Part shown: positions 56,627 to 64,000 of the stretch, in pieces | Layout of the letters: each line of letters opens with the position of its first letter | How positions within the stretch are numbered: the stretch's first letter is position 1 | NCBI GenBank assembly: GCA_963762575.1 | Contig: CAVXLL010000014.1 | Coordinates: 235,811 to 299,810 of the forward strand | Source of the DNA: an uncultured Alphaproteobacteria bacterium | GTDB taxonomy: Bacteria; Pseudomonadota; Alphaproteobacteria; ATCC43930; CGMCC-115725 | Direction of reading: 5' to 3' | DNA: 64,000 nucleotides | Notes under the pieces: generated by a model | Told to the model about the DNA's origin: nothing | The model's input: the letters and a program-made list of their open reading frames with translations, nothing else | Database searches by the model: none | Program-made: the position numbers and the translations under genes

Positions 56627-56776
56627 TAGCTTGAAGGCGAGCGAGGCCAATATCCGACCCCGTGCCCCGTTGACTAAGCGTGCCGACCAGAATGGTCTTG
56701 CGACGATAAGTCGGCAGCCGGATTTGCGTAATACGCCGGGACTGCACCCTCTGAGTTTTTGCCGGAGTAGTGAAGC

Positions 56777-59143
56777 ATGAACTCGTCGGGCTCAGTGGCC
56801 AGCGGCATTGGTCAGCCGGTGCTGCGCAAGGAGGATTTTCGTCTCCTCACCGGTCGAGGCAGCTTTGCCGACGATGTCTGCCTGACGGAGATGGCGCATG
56901 CTGCGATCGTGCGCTCGCCCCACGCCCATGCGCATATTGCATCCATCGACAAGGCAGCGGCGCTCGCATCTCCGGGCGTCCTCGCGGTCCTCACCGGCCA
57001 CGACTACGTCGCCGACGGGCTCGCGACCAATCCCGCACGGTGCAGGCCTCATGGGCCGACCCGACGTAGCTGTTCGAGTTCGAGGTTTTGACCCGATCAC
57101 GACCCGCGATTACCCGATGCCGCGCCGATACAGTCCGCTTTGTCGGCGAGCCGGTCGCGATCGTCGTGGCCGAGACCGTCGATCAGGCAAAGGACGCAGC
57201 CGAGTTGCTCGAGATCGCCTATGAGCCGTTGCCGGCGGTAGTTCGGGCTGCCGACGCGGTGAAGCCGGGTGCGCCCGCGCCTGTGGGACGATGCGCCGGA
57301 TAATCTCTGCGTCGACATCGAGGTTGGGGACGAAACGGCGACTACAGAGGCTTTCCGGCGCGCCGCTCACATCGTTCGGCTCGACACTTGGGTGCAGCGC
57401 GTCACCGGCGTCCCGATGGAGCCGCGCACCACAACCGCCGATTATGATGCGGCGACCGGACATTACACGCTTTACGCCGGCAGCGGCCGCGGTGTCGCCA
57501 AGCTGAGGCTCGACCTCGCCCAGGTTCTGGGTGTGCCAGCCGAGCAGGTCCGCTGCGTGTGCGGCGACATGGGCGGCAATTTCGGTACGCGGAACTTCTT
57601 TTATCCGGAATACGCCCTCCTCGCCTGGGCCGCGCGCCGGGTAGGCCGGCCGGTGAAATGGGCGTGCGAGCGGAGCGAGGCATTTCTCAGCGATTACCAG
57701 GGCCGCGATCTCACAGTCGAGGCTGAGCTCGCTCTCGACAAGGATGGGAATTTCCTCGCAGTTCGCGGCTCGAACCTCAGCAACCTCGGTGGGCATGCGG
57801 CCGCCTTCGTGTCCTTGCAGAAAGGGCTCGGCTTGATGTCGAATGTCTATCGCATCCCGGTCGGCTATTTCCGCGGTCGGGGCGCCGTCACCAATACCGT
57901 CTCGACCACGCCTTATCGAAGCGCCGGCCGGCCCGAGGCGATCTTTGTCATCGAGCGGCTGATCGATTTGGCCGCCGACGAGCTGCGGCTCGACCCGGTC
58001 GCGCTGCGACGCCGGAACATGATCCCGGCTGCCGCCCAGCCCTACGCCAATCCACTGGGCATCACCTACGACAGCGGCCGCTACGAAGACGCCATGGATA
58101 CGGCGCTGGCGCTCTCCGATTGGGACGGCTTTCCGGCCAGGCGCGCCGAGGCGCGAGAACGCGGCAAGCTGCGAGGTATCGGCATCGCAAATTATGTCGA
58201 GATCACATCAGGCGCGCCGCGCGAGCGCACCGAGATCACGGTACTTCCGGAAGGCCGAGTTGAGCTGGTGATGGGCACGATGTCCTCGGGGCAAGGGCAC
58301 GAAACCAGCTTTGCGCAGCTCGTCACCGAATGGCTTGGCGTGCCGTTCGAGAGCATCACGTACGTCGCCCACGACACTGCCCGGGTTGCGGCGGGTGGCG
58401 GCTCCCATTCCGGCCGCTCGATGAAGCTGGCCACGACCATCATCGGCCAGGCGACCGACGACATCATCGACAAGGGCCGCAAGATCGCCAGCTTCCTGCT
58501 CGAGACTGGCGAAGTCGACATCGAGTTCGAGCGTGGGAGATACCGAGTCGCCGGCACCGATCGCGAAGTCGGCATCTTCGAGGTCGCCGCGGCCGCCGTC
58601 ACGCGCAAGGACTTGCCAGAGGATCTGCAAGGGCCGCTCGCCGGCATCTCCGACCAGACGCTTCCGGTCGCGAGCTTTCCGTATGGCACGCAGGTTTGTG
58701 AAGTTGAGGTCGATCCCGAAACCGGCGAGGTTGAAATTGTCCGCTACGCTGCAGTCGACGATGTCGGGCGCGCCATCAATCCGCTGATCCTGCACGGTCA
58801 AACGCACGGCGGAATTGCCCAAGGGGTCGGCCAGGCGCTGCTCGAGGACAGCTACTACGAGCCCGAGACTGGGCAACTGTTGGCGGCGAGCTTCATGGAT
58901 TACGCGATGCCGCGAGCCGACACGCTGCCATTCTTTGCAACAGCGCTCAGCGAAGTCCCGACGCCGACGAATAGGCTCGGCGTGCGTTCCGGCGGCGAAG
59001 GCGGCACGACGCCCGCGCTGGGTGCCGTGATCAACGCCGTTGTCGACGCGCTCAGCGAACTCGGGGTGCGCCACATCGAAATGCCGGCGACCCCTGAGCG
59101 GGTGTGGCGGAATATTCGAGCAGCTACCGCGGGGAAGGTCTAA
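56777..59143 (+). pseudogene. Xanthine dehydrogenase / CoxL-family molybdopterin-binding large subunit, at least 3 frameshifts in the first 500 nt
   Basis: GIGQPVLRKEDFRLLTGRGSFADDV..AAIVRSPHAHAHI (56777-), RFVGEPVAIVVAET (57088-), then an uninterrupted 624-aa frame 57269-59143 (VTGVPMEPR.., GGNFG, YRSAGRPEA, GQGHETS, GEGGTTPA). Confidence 0.8.
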
Positions 59144-59320
59144 AGCAGTTAAAGCTGTCACTTTCCCCTCGCGAGCTCGTTCATGGGTCAAGAAAGGCGC
59201 GCTCCCGTCGGAAATTTTGAGCGCTGGTGCAAACGAGCGCAGAGGGCGCTGGGCAAGTTCAAGGCGATCCCGACGGCGATGCGGCTTGTCCTCATTTGCA
59301 TCGCTGTCCTAGTCGTCTTT

Positions 59321-60577
59321 TCCAAAGTTCCGCACCTATCGGTCAGGCGGGGAGATCGATTTTGTAGCGCCATCGATGGATGACCGGGTCGCGATTTAGG
59401 TCATTGATGAATTCGATGATGCGTTGCTTCAATTCGTGTGTGGAGTTGACACGGATGTGGCGGAGCACGGATCGGGCTGCTTTGGAGAAAAACCCCTCGA
59501 CCAGGTTGAGCCAGGAACCGTGTTTGGGGGTGAACACAAACGCGAAGCGGCCGTCCGGCTGAACGGCCAGCCACGTCTTGGTCTCCCGCGAGATGTGCGC
59601 CGAGTGATTGTCCAGAATGACTTTGATCGCAGTTGCGGCCGGATAGGCAGCGTCGAGGATTTTGAGGAACTCAATGAACTCGCGACTGCGATGGCGGTCC
59701 TTGACGAGGGCGTGCACAGTACCAGTGAGCAGATCGATGCCGGCCATCAGGGTCACCGTGCCGTGGCGCTTGTACTCGTGGTCGCGCTGCGTGGTGGGGT
59801 GGGTGCCGGGAACCGGGGGGAGATCAGGAGTGGTATTGCCGATCGCCTGAATACCGGGTTTCTCGTCATAGGAGAGGATGGCGATTTCGCCCCCGCCATC
59901 ACAGTTCGCGGCAGCCGCGCGCCGCATCTCGACTTCGCGGTAAAGGCAAAGCACTTCTGCCATTTTTTGCTCGAAATCGGGGTCGCGCTGCTCCACGTAG
60001 TAGCGGACTTTATGCGGCTTGACCTCATGCGCCGCCAGGATCTTGCACACCGTTCCCTGGGCGAGTTTCGCCAGGCTGGGATGGCCAGCCTGCGGCCCGT
60101 GGTTACGCGCATGCGCGGCCAACAAGCGGGTGGTCCACAGCTCGTGTGGATACCCGGATGCGATCGGCTTGGCGCAAGCCAGCGAAACCAGCCGCGCCCT
60201 CGCTTCCCGTGTAATCACTGCATCGCGTCCTGCTCGCGGCCGGTCATCGAGCGCTGCTAACACCCCCAATTCCGCGGCTCGCTCCAGGCACCGCGTCACG
60301 GTCTGCTGGCTCACCCCGATCTGCCGTGCGACGACGTAAGCCGATGGGGTGTCGAGGTAGGCAATGATCATGCGAGCCCGCTCCACCCGGCCCGTCGCCT
60401 CGCTCCGCGAGCGCGAAATATCGACCAGCGCACGGCGCTGGTCCGGATCAATCGAAAGCGTAATGACGCGGCGCGCAGCAACCATCGCTTCCCCCTGCGA
60501 TGTCCTCCCGCTGCTTACCATATCTCGCGTACATTGCATACTCCGCCACAACATATCGATAATTTGGAATCTTTGTA
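59321..60577 (-). mobile_element. IS630-like insertion sequence
   Basis: Imperfect IRs T(C/A)CAAAG(A)TTCC..TATCG at both ends. Flanked directly by CTAGTCGTCTTT (59309-59320 and 60578-60589). Confidence 0.78.
59343..60485 (-). CDS. IS630-family DDE transposase
   Basis: HTH N-terminus (VARQIGVSQQTVTRCLERA). Motifs ILSYDEKPGIQA, VILDNHSAHISRETKTWL and FTPKHGSWLNLVEGFFSK. Start taken at MVAARRV; the ORF opens at 60554. Confidence 0.88.
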   Translation of the reverse strand: MVAARRVITLSIDPDQRRALVDISRSRSEATGRVERARMIIAYLDTPSAYVVARQIGVSQQTVTRCLERAAELGVLAALDDRPRAGRDAVITREARARLVSLACAKPIASGYPHELWTTRLLAAHARNHGPQAGHPSLAKLAQGTVCKILAAHEVKPHKVRYYVEQRDPDFEQKMAEVLCLYREVEMRRAAAANCDGGGEIAILSYDEKPGIQAIGNTTPDLPPVPGTHPTTQRDHEYKRHGTVTLMAGIDLLTGTVHALVKDRHRSREFIEFLKILDAAYPAATAIKVILDNHSAHISRETKTWLAVQPDGRFAFVFTPKHGSWLNLVEGFFSKAARSVLRHIRVNSTHELKQRIIEFINDLNRDPVIHRWRYKIDLPA

Positions 60578-61521
60578 CTAGTCGTCTTTTCAGTCACAAA
60601 CCTGGTTTATCAAATTCTGCATAAGCCGACGGAAGTGTTTGCCCTCATCCCGGGCGAATCTAATAAAGCACCGATTGAAACCTGGAGACGATATGCGCCG
60701 CTCTTTCAGGAATATTCCACCACCTCCATCTCGCCTGAGCTGCTGGCCGCGCTCGCTCAGGTGGAAAGCGCCGGAAATCCGATTGCGAGGACCTATTGGC
60801 GGTGGAGTCTGACCTCGGATCCGTTCGCAGTCTACCAGCCTGCTTCGAGCGCTGTCGGCATGTATCAGATGACCGACGCCGCGTTGTCAGAGGCGCAAGG
60901 CTATTGCATCCTTCACCATTCAGTCGTTGAGACCGGGTGTTCCGCGACCCTGCTCAATTCTCGGGTCGTGCCCCGCCCCGCCACGGAACTCACGGCGGTG
61001 TTCTTGGACCGCAACCTCGCAGCGATTCTCGGCCATCGCCGAAACACGAGGATCAGTCGTCAGCAAAGGGAGGAGCTGGCCGCAATAATTCATTTGTGCG
61101 GCGCCGGTCCGGCGAAGGCATTCGCGCACCGCGGGTTCCGATTGGTGCCCGGGGAGCGCTGCGGTGATCACGACGTCTCAGCGTATCTTGACCAGATCAA
61201 TGCGATGAAACGGGAGTTCCTGCGCTTCGCCGCCGACAAGTGAGGGGGCGATATCGGTGAAAGGCGGGGCGCTGTCCGTCTCTGGTTTGGTCCTCGGGAT
61301 TGAGCGTGTGGCCCAAATTGCGCGCGAAACGGCGCGAGCCAACCCGAAGTGAATTTTTAGAACGCGCCAGTCAAATGTCGGCCATCGGGTGGCAAGCCGA
61401 CCATCGCCCACGCCCTGCTCGATTACGCCTTCGCGCCGATTTCGGACCTTCGCGTGATGGCAAGTAGCCGGCCGGACCCGACCCTAAGGCGGCGATTGCC
61501 TGCGAGCGAAGGGCCGATCGA

Positions 61522-62988
61522 TTATCCCCGATTGTGAACCGCCCGGATGGCGAAGGGCAGCGCAGCCGCCGGAAATATTGAGATCGTCAGGAACAGCCAG
61601 AAGACCGCATGCACGACCCCGGTAGACCCCAGCGCTGGATTTCCGAACCCGGCGATATTCGCGATCATTCCAGCGAGAGCAGCGCCAAACGCTTGTGAGA
61701 TGAGATTGACGGTTGAGATGAAAGCCGCCGCAACATCCCGGTCGTTCGGCTCTGCGAACCCGATCAGCAGGCTTCCCAGATACGCCCATGCCGCCCCGAT
61801 ACCCGCGCCGACCGGGACGAGCGCTAACCCGATAAGCACGAGTGAATCAGTCGTCAGCGCCCACCCAGTCAGGATGAGACCGAGCATCACGAGTACCGGC
61901 CCCGATATGATGAAGCGATTTGCCCAGGCGCTCACCGACGCGCTGGCGAGCGCGGCTGCGGCCCACGCCACGGGGAGTACCGAACTCAGATACCCTCCCG
62001 TGATCGGCGCATGCATGCCGACGCGGACGACCACATAGGGCACATAGACGACAGCCATAGTGCAACCGCTGATCAACGCCATCGCCAGGGATACGGCACC
62101 GAGAGGGGCGTAGGGATTGAACGCCCCCGTAGGCAAGAGACGCCGGCGTCCGGGGCTGCGAGCGACGCGGCCGTCCATGCGGAGCATGACGACCAAGAGG
62201 ATGGTGGCAGCCGTAAGGCCAAGCCCGCTGGTCAATGCGCGCCCGGACAATCCGCCGATCGCGACCGCCAACACCGACCCACCGAGAAGCGTCAGCCGTC
62301 CCGCAGCGATCGACGAAGGGGCCGTAGCACGGCTCACCGTTTCGCCCGTGCTCGTCAGTATGGTTCGTTGGGCAACCACTCCCACCGCCGCTGCGAGCGG
62401 CAGATCAACCCAGAATGCCCAGCGCCAGAGGCCCCATCCTGCGAGGATGCCGCCGACCAGCGGCCCGCACAGAGCGGCAATGCTCCAGACCGTGGACAAC
62501 GTGGCGATGGCGCGGGTGTGCAGGTGCGCCGGAAAGACCCGCGAGATGGTCGTGTAGGCGAGCGCCGTCAACAGTCCGCCACCCAGACCTTGGAACAACC
62601 GGCCGGCGAGGAAGACCCCCATATTGGGGGAGAGGGCGCAGACGATGCTGCCGACCACGAACAGCGCCAGAGCGATGTGGTAGGCACGACGAAGGCCGTG
62701 TGAGACGGCCAGTGAAGCGGCGGATGCCGCGCCCCAGATCGCACTGATCATCGCTACCGTCATCGTCCACGCAAAAAAACGCAGACCGCCGATTTCAATC
62801 ACCGCCAACGGCAGAACGGTTACCACCACCCGGAGAGAGAGCGCGTGTATCGCAACCGCACCAGTAAGAACGACCGAGCGTGCGAGGTTTGGACCCGCGA
62901 ACAGAGCCCCCCACCCGTCACGCGCTGCATCTTCGGCTGAGCCGCGCGAAGCATCGACGGCTTCGCCGGCCGGCTCTTTCGCAGGCAT
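61522..62988 (-). CDS. MFS transporter (DHA2-like)
   Basis: 488 aa with about 14 hydrophobic segments. Motif LFQGLGGGLLTALAYTTISRVFP. Divergent from a LysR gene. Confidence 0.88.
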   Translation of the reverse strand: MPAKEPAGEAVDASRGSAEDAARDGWGALFAGPNLARSVVLTGAVAIHALSLRVVVTVLPLAVIEIGGLRFFAWTMTVAMISAIWGAASAASLAVSHGLRRAYHIALALFVVGSIVCALSPNMGVFLAGRLFQGLGGGLLTALAYTTISRVFPAHLHTRAIATLSTVWSIAALCGPLVGGILAGWGLWRWAFWVDLPLAAAVGVVAQRTILTSTGETVSRATAPSSIAAGRLTLLGGSVLAVAIGGLSGRALTSGLGLTAATILLVVMLRMDGRVARSPGRRRLLPTGAFNPYAPLGAVSLAMALISGCTMAVVYVPYVVVRVGMHAPITGGYLSSVLPVAWAAAALASASVSAWANRFIISGPVLVMLGLILTGWALTTDSLVLIGLALVPVGAGIGAAWAYLGSLLIGFAEPNDRDVAAAFISTVNLISQAFGAALAGMIANIAGFGNPALGSTGVVHAVFWLFLTISIFPAAALPFAIRAVHNRG

Positions 62989-63092
62989 CTCCGCCCCTTC
63001 TGGTATGAATTGGCAAGATGCTAAGCGGCTCTCAGAAACAGTGCTAATGGTGGATACTCATCGATGCATGAACCCAATTCATGTGAGGAACC

Positions 63093-64000
63093 ATGCCAAG
63101 TCCTTATCGCTCGCTGCCGCCGCTCGCTACCCTGCGGACTTTCGAGGCCGTCGCCCGAAATCTTTCCTTCACCCGTGCGGCGGACGAGCTTGCGCTGACC
63201 CAGAGCGCGGTCAGCCATCAGATTCGCACGCTCGAAGATCACCTCGGAGCCTCGTTGTTCGGGCGTTTGCATCGCGGGATCGAGTTGACCAGTGATGGTC
63301 GGGTGCTGCTGGACGGAGTGCGAGCGGGGCTCGATAGCGTGCTCCTTGCCAGTGAGCGAGTGCGAAGCCAACGGCGGGTCGGCGTGCTGACCATCGCGGC
63401 ACCGGCGGCGTTTGCCACATGGTGGCTGGTTCCGCGCCTTGGCAGGTTCGCCTCGCTCCATCCCGATATCGAGGTGCGGATCGCCGCGATGGATGGCCGC
63501 GAACCCGATCTGTGGCGCGACGGCGTCGATGTCGCCGTGGTGAAGCGCCCGGCAAAGCTGGCGGATTGCGACCGGGTGGAAATGCCGCTGCTGCGTGAGA
63601 TCGTGTTTCCGGTGTGCGCGCCATCCATACTCGATGGCGGGGCTCCGCTGCACAGCCTCCACGATCTCGTCCGCCATACCCTGATTGAAAGCGACACCGC
63701 CGAGGCGGACGACACCGAATTTACGTGGTCGAGTTGGCTTTCCCGCTTCGGCCTGCAACAAGAGCAGATGGCACGGCAGTTGAGGTTTAGCCATTTTGGG
63801 CTTGCCTTGTCCGCCGCGATCGACGGGCTCGGCGTCGCTCTCGGGCGGTCGCCGATGGTCGATGCGGAGCTTGCTTCTGGCCGGCTCGTCCGTCCGTTTG
63901 GCGGAAAAGTCATGGCTAAGGCGTCCGATGTGTTCGCCCTGGCGTGGCGAGATACGGGTGGCGCCAGTGCGCCAGATCAACGTATCGCCGCCTTTCGCGA
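63093..64000 (+). CDS. LysR-family transcriptional regulator (3' end beyond the window)
   Basis: Not in the ORF track because no stop occurs before the window end. My own translation: MPSPYRSLPPLATLRTFEAVARNLSFTRAADELALTQSAVSHQIRTLEDHLGASLFGR (LysR HTH), then a substrate-binding domain. No in-frame stop through 64000. Confidence 0.85.
   Translation, partial: MPSPYRSLPPLATLRTFEAVARNLSFTRAADELALTQSAVSHQIRTLEDHLGASLFGRLHRGIELTSDGRVLLDGVRAGLDSVLLASERVRSQRRVGVLTIAAPAAFATWWLVPRLGRFASLHPDIEVRIAAMDGREPDLWRDGVDVAVVKRPAKLADCDRVEMPLLREIVFPVCAPSILDGGAPLHSLHDLVRHTLIESDTAEADDTEFTWSSWLSRFGLQQEQMARQLRFSHFGLALSAAIDGLGVALGRSPMVDAELASGRLVRPFGGKVMAKASDVFALAWRDTGGASAPDQRIAAFR

Larger units (their letters stand above)
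59279..61243 (+). pseudogene. Lytic transglycosylase (SLT domain) gene split by the IS630-like element
   Basis: 5' piece 59279-59320 (MRLVLICIAVLVVF) and 3' piece 60578-61243 are in the same frame once the IS and one 12-bp repeat are removed. SLT motifs LLAALAQVESAGNP and SSAVGMYQMTD. Confidence 0.7.

Overview
High-GC (by eye, not computed) alphaproteobacterial accessory region. It looks Bradyrhizobiaceae-like, inferred from a ROSE-type hsp20 leader, the IS families present and the gene content. About 25 genes look intact: Hsp20, aldo/keto reductase, beta-propeller lactonase, SARP/BTAD regulator, a methyltransferase-MTHFR pair, two intact MFS transporters (plus one MFS fragment), an ArnT/PMT-like glycosyltransferase, a 563-aa alpha/beta hydrolase, DUF763, a peptide-type ABC binding protein and a LysR regulator. 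These are interleaved with many mobile elements and more than 20 frameshifted or truncated genes. The mobile elements are an IS1634/IS4-like IS (one intact copy, one decayed copy, one remnant), IS481-like, IS91, IS110, two IS21 remnants, an IS630-like element, a group II intron, and two copies of a compact large-serine-recombinase (LSR) module. I found no rRNA, tRNA or CRISPR. The main findings are: (1) A 2.68-kb LSR mini-element sits precisely inside an IS481 transposase gene. Its first ORF gains a start codon only across the predicted circle junction. (2) A dispersed hairpin repeat with a tRNA T-arm-like core, a CCUCC-rich loop and compensatory stem changes occurs in at least 13 copies. (3) A GC hairpin with a covarying stem and an invariant GATAAAAACTC tail occurs three times. 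(4) An AT-richer islet carries a DUF4231/SLATT-like 2-TM gene behind a 52-bp perfect palindrome, overlapping a tandem cold-shock-domain gene. (5) An orphan HEPN-like gene lies in a second AT-richer islet. (6) A phased AATTCCCTG repeat array is split by an IS. All family assignments come from motif recognition by eye and need database confirmation.
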